NCBI GenBank assembly: GCA_963696155.1
Contig: CAVOJC010000003.1
Span: forward strand, 250,970-314,969
DNA from: an uncultured Gammaproteobacteria bacterium
GTDB lineage: Bacteria > Pseudomonadota > Gammaproteobacteria > Xanthomonadales > Xanthomonadaceae
DNA length: 64,000 nucleotides
Direction: 5' to 3'
Under the pieces are notes generated by a model. That model was not told the origin of the DNA, ran no database searches, and saw only the letters and a program-made list of their open reading frames with translations. Positions 30,051-39,767 of this stretch are shown here, one piece after another. Both the position numbers and the translations under genes were made by a program. Each line of letters starts with the position of its first letter. Position 1 is the first letter of the stretch.

Positions 30051-30587
30051 CTACTGACCGGCAGCGGCCGCCTTGTAGCGCTGCTCGCGCTGGGCGCGAT
30101 CCCCGAGCTGGCGGCGCAACACCGCATCCAGCTCGATCGGTCGGTCCCAATGGTCGAAGCTGGCCACGATTGCATGGCGCATGGCGCGCCAGTGCAGGTT
30201 GTGCGGAGCTACCGGCAACCGCTCCACCACCGCCTCCCAGCCATCGTCAGGATTCTGCGATCGTGCCCGAACCGGCTCGCGACAGCCGGTGCCAGTCACC
30301 TTGCCCCAGAAACAGGCGAAATACAGGTCGCCCGGTTGCCAGCCATGCTGCTGCAGCAAGGCCACCGCATAGCCGTGGCGCACACCTGCATACCGCACCA
30401 CCTCATCGACGAACGCATCCGGATAACGGGCCGCATACCGGTTGATATCCGCCAGCTGCCGGTCCACCCAGGCGTCGCCGGTGGCCGGCGCATAGGCCGG
30501 CGTCGGCGCTGGAGCCTCGGACACCTGCTGCGCCGCCACGCCCATCGGCAGCAGCAGGAGCCAGCAGAGAAGAATGCGCAGGTACAT
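30051..30587 (-). CDS. Hypothetical exported protein
   Basis: Signal-peptide-like N-terminus (MYLRILLCWLLLLPMGVAA) and coding-like composition. Confidence 0.7.
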   Translation of the reverse strand: MYLRILLCWLLLLPMGVAAQQVSEAPAPTPAYAPATGDAWVDRQLADINRYAARYPDAFVDEVVRYAGVRHGYAVALLQQHGWQPGDLYFACFWGKVTGTGCREPVRARSQNPDDGWEAVVERLPVAPHNLHWRAMRHAIVASFDHWDRPIELDAVLRRQLGDRAQREQRYKAAAAGQ

Positions 30588-30636
30588 GGCCTGATTGTGC
30601 CGCATGCCGTGACGCAGCGTCAGGTCCGCTCGTCGC

Positions 30637-31395
30637 TCACGGAGCGGGCGTCGATGCCGCACGCATGGCGATCGCCTGCACCGCCTGCGGCCAGTCGGAT
30701 GCGGTGGCCGCGTGCTGCAGCCGCGGCTCATCCGTGGCCACGCCATGCTCGGCCTCATGCGCCCATGTCACCGCATAGGGCGTGTGGATGCCCCAGCCGC
30801 CCAGCGCGATCACCGGTTCGACATCCGAGCGCAACGAGTTGCCGACCATCACGAAACGCTCCGGGGTGAGGTCGAACTCGGCCAGCACCCGGGCGTAGGT
30901 CGCGGTGTCTTTCTCCGACACGATCTCGATGCGCGGAAACAGGTCACGCAGGCCGGAAAGCGCGATCTTCTGCTCCTGGTGGAACAGGTCGCCCTTGGTG
31001 ATCAACACCACCGGATAGTGTTCGGCGATCGCAGTCACCGCGTCGCGCACGCCGTCGATCACGTCCACCGGGTGCTGCAACGTGCGGCGGCCGATCTCGA
31101 CTACCTGCTGCAGATGCGAAGCCGAAATCCGCTCGCCGCTCAGCTCGATCGCCGCTTCGATCATCGACAGGGTCATGCCCTTCACGCCGTAGCCGAACAC
31201 CTGCAGATTGCGCCGTTCAACGGCCAGCAGGTGCTGCAGGGTACTGGCGTCATGCAGGTCGATGTAGTGGCCGAGAATGGCTTCGAACTCCTGTTCGGCG
31301 AGACGGTAGTAGTCCTCGCTTTTCCACAGGGTGTCGTCGCCGTCGAAACCGACCAGTCCGATGGGCTGTCGGGGGGATGTTGGGGAGTGGCTCAT
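30637..31395 (-). CDS. HAD-superfamily hydrolase
   Basis: Motif I FDGDDTLW, LITKGD, motif IV VGNSLRSD. Confidence 0.88.
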   Translation of the reverse strand: MSHSPTSPRQPIGLVGFDGDDTLWKSEDYYRLAEQEFEAILGHYIDLHDASTLQHLLAVERRNLQVFGYGVKGMTLSMIEAAIELSGERISASHLQQVVEIGRRTLQHPVDVIDGVRDAVTAIAEHYPVVLITKGDLFHQEQKIALSGLRDLFPRIEIVSEKDTATYARVLAEFDLTPERFVMVGNSLRSDVEPVIALGGWGIHTPYAVTWAHEAEHGVATDEPRLQHAATASDWPQAVQAIAMRAASTPAP

Positions 31396-31430
31396 TGGCT
31401 GAAGAATATCAATCGGCCAACGGTGATTAC

Positions 31431-31460
31431 AAAAAAAGGGGCGGCCGTGGCCGCCCCCTT
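31431..31460 (-). terminator. Intrinsic terminator of the EF-hand gene
   Basis: Minus strand GGGGCGGCC stem followed by a T7 run. Confidence 0.8.
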
Positions 31461-31479
31461 CCCATCCGGTCGCGATGGA

Positions 31480-31848
31480 TTACTTCTGCTGCAGGGCCGC
31501 GTAGGCCTTGTACTCGTCAGGCGTCAGCTTGCCATCCTTGTTGCTGTCGGCGTGATCGAACACCTGCGACAGACCCGCATTCACCTTGGCCTCGGACTTG
31601 CTGATGTTGCCGTCCGCATCGACGTCCACGCTGGCCCAGGACTGGCCACCGCTGTTGGCCTCGGCCCGGGCGGCCGTGGCCGATGCATCGGCCGCCGTCT
31701 CCTGCGCCTGGGCGGCCTGCGCCTTTGCCTGCTGCGCCTGGGCGGTCGCTGCCTGCGCATCGGCATTCTGGGCCATGGCCGGCAGCGACAAGGCCGCACC
31801 GGTGGCAACGATCAGGGCGAACAACGAATTACGGTTGCGAAAAGTCAT
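31480..31848 (-). CDS. Exported EF-hand protein
   Basis: Signal peptide, Ala/Gln linker, and two EF-hand loops DVDADGNISKSE and DSNKDGKLTPDE. Confidence 0.85.
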   Translation of the reverse strand: MTFRNRNSLFALIVATGAALSLPAMAQNADAQAATAQAQQAKAQAAQAQETAADASATAARAEANSGGQSWASVDVDADGNISKSEAKVNAGLSQVFDHADSNKDGKLTPDEYKAYAALQQK

Positions 31849-32085
31849 CGGTGTTTCCTCTTCGTATCTTGGGAAAAGCGCGCGGCGGTTTCCGCACGGC
31901 CACCAACTTGCCAACGTATGGCTGAATCGCTTTTGGGTGCTGATCGGCCTGCACACGCAGGATTAACCTCCTGCGTCGGGACAACGTCTACCTGCTTCGT
32001 TAGGCCTTCGTGAGGTGCTGGTAAGCCCTTCGTTCAACACGCCTGAAAACGCGTCCAACGCACCGGTTCCAGCGCTGGTGGGCGC

Positions 32086-32472
32086 TCAGGCGGGCTCTTT
32101 CCCTGCCAAGCGCGAGCTGAACGCCCACCAGCCCAATCCGACTCCCACCAAGGCACCCGCCACTTCAAGCACCACCCGCGTGCCCAGTTCGTCGGGATCG
32201 TGGATGCCGGCCAGCGCAATGCGCGCATACAGCGGCGACTCCAGCTGCACCATGCCCAGATAGAAGAGCTTCCAGGTGTCGATGCCCGCACCGATGGCCA
32301 CGGCAATGAGGCAGGCCCAGGCGATGGCATGGCCCTGCGACCAGCCGGCGCGGCGGCACAGGTACTGCCACCCGGAGAACACGCAAAAGCCCGCAAGCAG
32401 TGCGATCAATCCCGCTTCCAGCGAGCCCAGCAGACCAAAGTGCAGCGGCAGATTCATCGGCGATACCGGCAT
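32086..32472 (-). CDS. Small membrane protein of unknown function
   Basis: Three hydrophobic segments and coding-like composition. Confidence 0.7.
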   Translation of the reverse strand: MPVSPMNLPLHFGLLGSLEAGLIALLAGFCVFSGWQYLCRRAGWSQGHAIAWACLIAVAIGAGIDTWKLFYLGMVQLESPLYARIALAGIHDPDELGTRVVLEVAGALVGVGLGWWAFSSRLAGKEPA

Positions 32473-32503
32473 GAAGGCCGCCCAGTCTAGCGAGTTGGCC
32501 GGC

Positions 32504-32701
32504 TCAGCCGTCGTCCTCGCCCGCTACCCGCACCTGCGCCACCTCGCGTTCATCGACGACCACCCAGACCGATATCGGCCGGCAACACACCTGGCAATCC
32601 TCGATGTACTGCTGCTCGGCAACCGAAACGTCCACCACCAGATCGGTCGGCTGCCCGCAATAGGGACAATGCACCGTGAAGAACTGTGTATCCGCCGACA
32701 T
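32504..32701 (-). CDS. CPXCG-motif cysteine-rich protein
   Basis: CPYCG...YIEDCQVCCRPI. Confidence 0.85.
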   Translation of the reverse strand: MSADTQFFTVHCPYCGQPTDLVVDVSVAEQQYIEDCQVCCRPISVWVVVDEREVAQVRVAGEDDG

Positions 32702-32757
32702 GGCCGTGCTCCGGGGAACGCCGGCTTCCATCATCACCGCTGCGCGCTAACGCGCTG

Positions 32758-33462
32758 TCAACGCAGCGGGAAGTCGTAGGCCACAGCCGGCGCGGGTTCC
32801 GGTTTCAGGGTGAAGTGCCACCACTCCATCGGATAGTTGGAAAAACCCTGCGCTGCCATCTCACGCAGCAGCAGTTGCCGGTGCGCACGCTGGGTGGCGG
32901 TGATGGCCTCGCTGGCGGTATGCGCCAGCGGATCGAAGTAGTCGAAGTCCGTGCCCATATCCAGCGCCGCACAGGTGCCGGAACGGCAATCCAGCACGCC
33001 GAGGTCGACCGTGGCGCCGCGGCTGTGGCCGGAGGTTTCGGCGATATACCCATCGAGCAGATCGCGCTTGTCCACCTGCGGGTAATAGCGGGCCTTGGCC
33101 TGTTGATCTCCCAGGTCCGCCACCCAGGCCACGAATGCACGCACCGAGTGGGCGGGGCGGTAGCAATCGAAGACCTGCAACGAATAGCCCTGCGCCCGCA
33201 TCGAGCGCTGCACCTTGGCCAGCGCTGCCGCGACGGGCTCCAGCAGATAACACTTGGCTGCCCCATAGCCGGGCACCGGTCGACCGGTGAAGTTGTCGCT
33301 GCCGGCATAGCGGATATCCAGCGCGATATCCGGCGCCACGTCGCGTATCTCGACCATCCCCGCCTGCGCCGCATCTGCCGCCCGCGACAGTTCCACCGCC
33401 GGGGCGGAGAACGCGAACGCCAGGCACAACACTGCCAGCGCGCGGCCGCCGCGCTTACTCAC
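32758..33462 (-). CDS. ddpX: D-alanyl-D-alanine dipeptidase (M15D, VanX/DdpX family) with signal peptide
   Basis: DCYRP, SGHSRGATVD and EWWHF zinc motifs. The GTG at 33462 overlaps the upstream stop by 8 nt. Confidence 0.9.
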   Translation of the reverse strand: MSKRGGRALAVLCLAFAFSAPAVELSRAADAAQAGMVEIRDVAPDIALDIRYAGSDNFTGRPVPGYGAAKCYLLEPVAAALAKVQRSMRAQGYSLQVFDCYRPAHSVRAFVAWVADLGDQQAKARYYPQVDKRDLLDGYIAETSGHSRGATVDLGVLDCRSGTCAALDMGTDFDYFDPLAHTASEAITATQRAHRQLLLREMAAQGFSNYPMEWWHFTLKPEPAPAVAYDFPLR

Positions 33463-35029
33463 AACCGCCGATCCGGCGGAACTGCAGATCTTGGTAGTCA
33501 TAGCTGAAGTCGATATCCGGGTCGATTGCGTTCATGTGCAGCAGGGGGCCTTCCGCATCACGGCCAAACTCCAGCCATGCCTCGGCATCCTCACCCAGCT
33601 GCGGCCATTGCACCAGCCAGCGGGTCTGCAGTTGCATTACCTGCCCGTGCATGCGCGGAGACTTGAGCGAACGAAAGCCGATTCCGCCCGGCTGCGGACA
33701 CAACCGCACATCGCCGAACCACGGATCCCGCCAGACGCCGGTATGTGCCGCAAATGCACTCGCGGTTGCCGCGACCCGCGCCGAGGTGTCCGGCGCACGG
33801 TGGCCGGCTTCCCGCCGTTGATGCTTTTCGTTGTCGAGCAGGCGCGCGTAGTGATCCACGTCCAGACCCGCCTGCGGCGCGGTGTAGCGTTTGAGCAGGG
33901 CCTGCATCAGCACCGTGCGCGCGTCCTCGGCTTCGCCGTTGATCAGGATCACCACACCGGTCTTGCGGTCGGGCAGCAGCGCCAGCGACGAGTACATGCC
34001 CGACAGCGTGCCGGTATGGGCGACCTTCCACTGCCCGTCCATGTCGGACAGGCGCCAGCCATAGCCATACGCATTGAAGCGGGTGGCGTCCCAATCACGC
34101 AGCCGCTGGCTGATCGGCATCGGCATGTGCGCCGTCCACAGCGCGCGGCGCTGGGTGCCATCGAGCCAGGCCGGCACCAGTGCCGGATCCAGCAGCACCT
34201 GCATCCAGCGCAGCATGTCGTTGAGGCTGCAGCGGATGCCGCCGGCGGCCATCGATGGAAAATCCTCCACCTGATCGGCCCCGCCTGCGACTGCCACGTT
34301 GCGGTTGTCCCGGCGGTAGTGCGGCCGTGCGACATTGCCGATCGCCGCCGGTGACCATGCACCGACCTGGCAGCGGTCCATGCCCAGCGGCTGGAAGATC
34401 TCCTCGCGCACCAGCTGTGCGTACGGCTTGCCCGCAGCCGCGGCGGCCACTTCACCGGCGACCACGTAGAGCAGGTTGTCGTATGCATACCCCGCGCGGA
34501 AGCTGGTCACCGGCTTGAGCTGCGCCAGGCCGGCAATGATGTCCTTCCGGCTGAAGTGATTCGGTTCGGGCCACAGCATCAGGTCACCCGCGCCCAGACC
34601 CAGTCCGCTGTTGTGGATCAGCAGGTCGCGCACCTGCATGTTCTGCGTCACCCAGGGATCGTGCATGCGGAACTGCGGCAGATGCCGGGTCACCGGATCG
34701 TCCCAGCGCAGCTTGCCGGCCTGGACCAGCCGCGCCAGCACAGCGCCGGTCATCGCCTTGGTGTTGGACGCGATCATGAAGAGGCTGTCGGAATCGACGC
34801 CGTGCTCGCCATCGACCGCCAGCTTGCCGCGTGTCGCCACGTGAACGACGCGGCCGTCCTCGATCACGCCGACCGCGATGCCGGGCAGGTCGTAGCGGGT
34901 GACCGCCTGCTCGACGAGCCGGTCGAACTGCTTGCCCGGCGCCGTCCCGGCCGCGGCAGCGCTGCCGGCCACGCCCGCCAGGGCCGCGGTGAGGAGGCCC
35001 CGCCAAGCCTTGTGAATGAGTTGCTGCAT
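33455..35029 (-). CDS. Serine hydrolase (beta-lactamase class C / PBP-like), exported
   Basis: SxxK (IASNTK), YxN (YAYDN) and HTG motifs. Signal peptide and an extra C-terminal domain. Confidence 0.9.
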   Translation of the reverse strand: MQQLIHKAWRGLLTAALAGVAGSAAAAGTAPGKQFDRLVEQAVTRYDLPGIAVGVIEDGRVVHVATRGKLAVDGEHGVDSDSLFMIASNTKAMTGAVLARLVQAGKLRWDDPVTRHLPQFRMHDPWVTQNMQVRDLLIHNSGLGLGAGDLMLWPEPNHFSRKDIIAGLAQLKPVTSFRAGYAYDNLLYVVAGEVAAAAAGKPYAQLVREEIFQPLGMDRCQVGAWSPAAIGNVARPHYRRDNRNVAVAGGADQVEDFPSMAAGGIRCSLNDMLRWMQVLLDPALVPAWLDGTQRRALWTAHMPMPISQRLRDWDATRFNAYGYGWRLSDMDGQWKVAHTGTLSGMYSSLALLPDRKTGVVILINGEAEDARTVLMQALLKRYTAPQAGLDVDHYARLLDNEKHQRREAGHRAPDTSARVAATASAFAAHTGVWRDPWFGDVRLCPQPGGIGFRSLKSPRMHGQVMQLQTRWLVQWPQLGEDAEAWLEFGRDAEGPLLHMNAIDPDIDFSYDYQDLQFRRIGGCE

Positions 35030-35078
35030 GTTGTTCCCCGGTTGTCGCACTGCTTGGTTGTTCCAGCCCTGGAACGGC

Positions 35079-35102
35079 AACGGCCCGCCGAAGCGGGCCG
35101 TT
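35079..35102 (-). other. C(UUCG)G tetraloop hairpin after the TonB-dependent receptor gene
   Basis: Minus strand AACGGCCCGC-TTCG-GCGGGCCGTT, with no U-tract. Confidence 0.75.
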
Positions 35103-35121
35103 GTTCCTACAGCACGCTGGA

Positions 35122-38100
35122 TCAGAAGTTCCAGTTCACCATCAGCTGCGCGTAGCGCGGCGACTGCCAACGCGTACCCGTGCCGAAGGTGTCGCGCATG
35201 ACGCCCGGCTGGCCTTCGTAACGGGCGGCGACGTTGATCACTTCCTGGGTGTTGAGCAGGTTGTAGACCGACAGGCGCGCCGTCAGGTCGATGCCCTCCA
35301 CCGGCAACGTCCACATCACGCTGGCACCGAGGTTGTAGGTCCACGGCATGCGCCCGAAATCACCGCGCGGCGAATACCGGTACACGCGGTCCTGATAGGC
35401 TCCCGCGCACTTGTCCACGCACAGCCAACCGGTGCCGCCACCGCTGCCGGTGCTGGTATAGCTGGCGATCGCGGCATTTTCATCCGGCCAGGTCACACCG
35501 AACGCGGTGATCGGGCCGCCGGAAAGCGCGGTCAGGGTGCTGCCGAACGACCACATCTCGTTGAGCTTGTAGCTGCCACGCAACTTGATCTGGTGGCGGT
35601 GGTCATTGAACAGATCGCCATAGCGCTGGTTGTTGGCCGGGTGGTCCCAATGCTGGACCATGCCGGTGTCGGCGTAGTTGGTATCCGAGTTCACCGGGCC
35701 TTCGTGGTTACCCGACGACTTGGACCACAGGTAGGACGCATTGAATGCCCACTTGTCATCCCACGCGCGGTCGATCTGGAACTCCACGGACTTGTAGTCA
35801 CGCTTGGGCTTGGAGTAACCGATGATCTTCTCGCTGCCGGCCATGATGTAGCCCTCCTTGGAGGTGTCGATCGTGACCCAGCCGTCCTGGGCACAGCCCT
35901 GCGCCTTGGTGCCCCACAGCGTCAGCTTGTCACCCGGGTTGGCGATCGGCCACAGGTTGCCATGGCGCACGCCGCACAGCGCGTTGATGCGCATGTCGTC
36001 CATCGCGTTGGGCATGCGCCGGTAGGTACCGGTGACACCCCACGACCAGGCCTGGTTGATCATGGTCTGGAAGCCCAGGATCGCTTCGTCCTGGTAGACC
36101 GCCTCGAGATCGCGATCCACGCTCTGGCGCAGGTCCTGCACGACGATGTTGAACGACTGGTCCACCGGCCCGATCTGCGCGCCGATGATCGGCGCCATAT
36201 ACGGCGCGCCGGTGACCGGGTTGGCCTCCTGGCGCCAGCCATCCAGCGCATAGTAGGTGCGCTCATCGAGCAGACCGCCGGCGAAGTTGTAGCTGAGGAT
36301 GCTGGGAATCGGCATGTAGTAACGGCCGAGATTACCGAACAGCTTGGTGCTGCCGTCGCCCTTCATGTCCCAGGAGAAACCCAGGCGCGGCGAGAACAGG
36401 TTGTCCTGCTTGGTGAAGGTCGTCCCCACCGTGGTCAGGTTCTCGAAATTGTCCATGCGCACGCCGAGGTTCAGCATCAGGCTCGGGGTGACGTTCCAGT
36501 TGTCCTCCAGGTACCAGGCGCTGGCCTTGATGTCGAATACGCCGCCGTCGGCACGCTTGCGCGCCCACAGCACCGAATTCATACCGGCCGGCACCGTGGC
36601 GCCGTTATCCAGGCGGTCGCCCGGCTTCACGCCGTACACCGTGTAGTTCGTGCGCGTCGGCCCGGGATAGAAGGTGGTGCGGTCGGTGGTCATCAACTCG
36701 TGGTCCCAGCCGAAGCGCAGCTGGTGGTCGCCGAGCACCCATTCGAAGTCCAGACGCTTGGCAATTCGCTCATCTTCGTGCGAGACCACGGTGCCGCCCG
36801 GATGGCAACCGAGCACCGGGCTTCCCATCGAACGGTAGACGGCGCCCCAGCTGGCGTTGTTGTAGGTCACGTAGTCGCACAGGGCATCGGCCGGGGAGCG
36901 GTTGTAGCTGCTGCTCTGGTTGATGCCGTACATCGCCTTGGCGGTGAAGTTGTCGCCAAAGTAGCCGGTGTAGGTGACCGAGCCGCTGGTGCCGCCGCTG
37001 GAGGACGTGGTCTGGCTGGGAGCGCCGCTGCCGATGGTCGAGGTCGGGAAGTCGTAGGTGTAGAGCGCGGCGTCGCTGTCGCCTTCGTCCGAGAACGCCA
37101 TCAGCTCGAGCAGGTGGTTGTCGCTGATGTTCCAGTCGAGCTTGGTGCCCCAGAAGCCGTTGTCGGACTTGGTCTTGGTCCAGCTGTTGCCGGCCGTGTT
37201 GGTGTTGCCGGAATTGCTGTCACGTTGCTCGTACATGGCGAACAGGAACAGCCTGTCCTTGATCAACGGACCGGACCCCCAGACATTGGTCTTGGTGAAG
37301 CTGCGGGTGTCATGGCTGGAGCGGACGTTGACCCGGCCGTCGGCGTAGAAGTGGTCTTCGGCCGACGAGCGCAACGCTGCCGGTTCGAAGGTGACCGTGG
37401 CTCCGCCCTGCAGCTCGTTACTGCCCGAACGGCTGACCGCGTTGATCACACCACCGGTGGAGCGACCGAACTCGGCCGAATAGCCGCCGGTCTTGATCTG
37501 GAACTCTTGGAAGAACGCGAATGGCGCGCTCGAGAAGCTCTGCCGCTTGTAGAAATCGGTGACGTTCAAGCCGTTGATGAAGATAGAGTTCTCGGCCACC
37601 GAAGAGCCGCCAAAGGAAATACCGCCAAACGACGAGTTGCCGCCGACCACGCCCGGCGCAAGCAGCGCGACCGAGGTCAGGTCTTGCGCCACCGGCAGCC
37701 GTGCCAGTTCTTCGCGGTTGACGTTGAACGAGCTCTCCGTGGAGTACACGTCCACCCGGTTCACCACGCGGGCGCCAACGACCTGCACGGTATCGAGGTT
37801 GGTCAGGGCGCCCCCTGCGCTCAGGTTGACCGTGGCGGTACCACCGAGCGGCACGGCTACGGTCAACTCCTCACCGGCACTCTGGCCATCGCGGTTGACC
37901 TTCAAGCTGTAAGCACCGACCGGCAACTGGCTCAAGCGGTAGCTGCCGTCCTTGCCGACCGTCACCGTGCGGCTCAAGCCGGTGCCGGTATTGGTCACCG
38001 TAATCTGGTCGCCGGCATTGGCACGCCCGGCCACCGCGCCGGTGGCGCTTTGTGCCATGACCGACGGTGCCAGCGTGACAAGACATGCGCCCAACGCGAC

Positions 38101-38136
38101 CGAAAGCGCCGCCCTCTTCAAGATCTTCGTGTTCAT
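35122..38136 (-). CDS. TonB-dependent receptor (Oar-like, N-terminal carboxypeptidase-regulatory-like domain)
   Basis: Signal peptide, DGSYRLSQLPVGAYSL extension, plug motif TGGYSAEFGRSTGGVINAVSRSG, and aromatic C-terminus NWNF. Confidence 0.93.
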   Translation of the reverse strand: MNTKILKRAALSVALGACLVTLAPSVMAQSATGAVAGRANAGDQITVTNTGTGLSRTVTVGKDGSYRLSQLPVGAYSLKVNRDGQSAGEELTVAVPLGGTATVNLSAGGALTNLDTVQVVGARVVNRVDVYSTESSFNVNREELARLPVAQDLTSVALLAPGVVGGNSSFGGISFGGSSVAENSIFINGLNVTDFYKRQSFSSAPFAFFQEFQIKTGGYSAEFGRSTGGVINAVSRSGSNELQGGATVTFEPAALRSSAEDHFYADGRVNVRSSHDTRSFTKTNVWGSGPLIKDRLFLFAMYEQRDSNSGNTNTAGNSWTKTKSDNGFWGTKLDWNISDNHLLELMAFSDEGDSDAALYTYDFPTSTIGSGAPSQTTSSSGGTSGSVTYTGYFGDNFTAKAMYGINQSSSYNRSPADALCDYVTYNNASWGAVYRSMGSPVLGCHPGGTVVSHEDERIAKRLDFEWVLGDHQLRFGWDHELMTTDRTTFYPGPTRTNYTVYGVKPGDRLDNGATVPAGMNSVLWARKRADGGVFDIKASAWYLEDNWNVTPSLMLNLGVRMDNFENLTTVGTTFTKQDNLFSPRLGFSWDMKGDGSTKLFGNLGRYYMPIPSILSYNFAGGLLDERTYYALDGWRQEANPVTGAPYMAPIIGAQIGPVDQSFNIVVQDLRQSVDRDLEAVYQDEAILGFQTMINQAWSWGVTGTYRRMPNAMDDMRINALCGVRHGNLWPIANPGDKLTLWGTKAQGCAQDGWVTIDTSKEGYIMAGSEKIIGYSKPKRDYKSVEFQIDRAWDDKWAFNASYLWSKSSGNHEGPVNSDTNYADTGMVQHWDHPANNQRYGDLFNDHRHQIKLRGSYKLNEMWSFGSTLTALSGGPITAFGVTWPDENAAIASYTSTGSGGGTGWLCVDKCAGAYQDRVYRYSPRGDFGRMPWTYNLGASVMWTLPVEGIDLTARLSVYNLLNTQEVINVAARYEGQPGVMRDTFGTGTRWQSPRYAQLMVNWNF

Positions 38137-38187
38137 CCCCTGCTCTCTCCTGCAGATAATGTAAGTAACGCTCTGTAAATCGGTTTG

Positions 38188-39657
38188 TTATTGCATTGCC
38201 AGCGGCAGGACCTGCCACTGGAAGTCGTAGTTCCACTGGTCGAAGTAGAGATTCCCCCCCTCCCACTCCACTTCGCCCCGTTGCGAATCCACCGTTTCCG
38301 AACGGAAATGCAGCTTGGCCGGCGTCAGCGGCTGTGCGTAGTCATCGTTGAAGGTGATGCGGTAGGCATCCAGCCCGCCCAGATAGAAATCACGCAACGC
38401 CGGCTCCGGGCTGTCGAGCTCGCCGGTGGTCACGTCCATCGGCACCCAACCGTACGGCGCCAGATAGACCGCGCCCCAATCGTGCAGGTTGCTGTAACCG
38501 ACGGCATTGTCCGAATACACCATGCCCGATTGCCAGCGCGCCGGAATGCCATTCAACCGCAGCAGCGAAATCAGCAGCAGCGTCTGCTGGCCGCAATCGG
38601 CGTGGCCGGCGTGCAGGGCGTAGTCGCTGAGGTTGGTGATGGTCGAATACTCGCGCGCCCCACCCCACGGGATGCGGTCCACGGCGGCGAACAGCTTGCG
38701 GGCGATGCGATAGGGATTGTCCTCATTGCCGACCACCTGACGCGAAAAATCACGCAGCGCCGGGGTGAACAGCACATGCGGTGCACGCTCGGCCAGATAC
38801 GGCGCCAGGGCCGGATCGGCTGGCGTCGGCAACACCTGCTCCGGGTCGATGGCGATGTGGCGCGCATAGATGGTGACTTCGTAGCTGGCCGAAAACTCGG
38901 TCGGGGTACCGGCCACCGCCTTGCGCTCGAGATAGGCCGTGCGCTGCAGCGTCTGCTCCGGCGCGATCTGCGCGCCAGCCGGCACACTGCCCAGCCACTG
39001 GATGTTTTCCTGCTGCCCGGCAATCGCACGCGGATAGGGAATCCATGCACGCACCATTTCCCCCGCCGGCACCGCATCGGCAGCGACCTTGATCGACTGC
39101 GTCACCCGGATCCGGCGCGGCGCAACACTGCTGCTTCCCTGCGCCTGCGCCGCGGCCAGCACTTCGGCATGGTGCGGGGCGAGCGTCTCGAACGGCCCTT
39201 CCACCGGGGGTTTTATGTCCGGTGAACGGCGCGCCGCTGCCTGGGCGCTTACCCGGAACAGGTTCGACGGGGCGCGGTTGAAATAGCGGCGCTCACCATC
39301 GATGTCGAGGTGTTCGATCCAGCCAGCGTCGTCCCACGCGCGGAACTCCTCGTCGCGCAGATCCGGAACCGCCCTGCGCACGCGCGCCTTGGCCTGGGTT
39401 GCATCGAGACTGAAGTCCAGCCGCATCCGCCGCATCCGCTCCTGCTGGAACGCGTAGTCCGAGCGCGTCTGCCCGCTGGTCCCCGGCTGTTGCAGCGCCA
39501 CTGCGATCTGCGCCTGGGCGCCAGCAAAATTGCCACGGTCGATGCGTGCGATCACTTGCGCCAGGGATTCTGGCTGCGCTGCGGACAGTGCGCCGCAAAC
39601 CAGCAGCAACGCGCATGCGGCCAAACTGCGGCTGACAGGTCCTTTGACAGGGAACAC
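38188..39657 (-). CDS. Exported transglutaminase-like (Cys-His-Asp) protein; start uncertain (GTG 39657 or upstream)
   Basis: ADCGQQTLLLISLLRLNGIPAR and HDWGAVYLAPYGWVPMD motifs. Hydrophobic signal segment LAACALLLVCGALSAA. Confidence 0.85.
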   Translation of the reverse strand: MFPVKGPVSRSLAACALLLVCGALSAAQPESLAQVIARIDRGNFAGAQAQIAVALQQPGTSGQTRSDYAFQQERMRRMRLDFSLDATQAKARVRRAVPDLRDEEFRAWDDAGWIEHLDIDGERRYFNRAPSNLFRVSAQAAARRSPDIKPPVEGPFETLAPHHAEVLAAAQAQGSSSVAPRRIRVTQSIKVAADAVPAGEMVRAWIPYPRAIAGQQENIQWLGSVPAGAQIAPEQTLQRTAYLERKAVAGTPTEFSASYEVTIYARHIAIDPEQVLPTPADPALAPYLAERAPHVLFTPALRDFSRQVVGNEDNPYRIARKLFAAVDRIPWGGAREYSTITNLSDYALHAGHADCGQQTLLLISLLRLNGIPARWQSGMVYSDNAVGYSNLHDWGAVYLAPYGWVPMDVTTGELDSPEPALRDFYLGGLDAYRITFNDDYAQPLTPAKLHFRSETVDSQRGEVEWEGGNLYFDQWNYDFQWQVLPLAMQ

Positions 39658-39767
39658 TTTGTTTGCAGCAAGATCCACAGCGACACTTCCACGTGCGGGG
39701 TGGTGATGGCTGTGTAACATGCCCCTGAGCATGGGTCAATAATTTATTCTTGCTTTCGTGGAAGAAA

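Noticed and set aside
32758-33462. vanX as part of a glycopeptide resistance cluster
   Set aside because: No vanA/vanH/vanRS, and the host is Gram-negative. A DdpX-like catabolic role fits better.
33455-35029. Serine hydrolase as an acquired AmpC resistance gene
   Set aside because: It has an extra C-terminal domain, HTG instead of KTG, no ampR, no mobile context, and is embedded in a peptidase operon.
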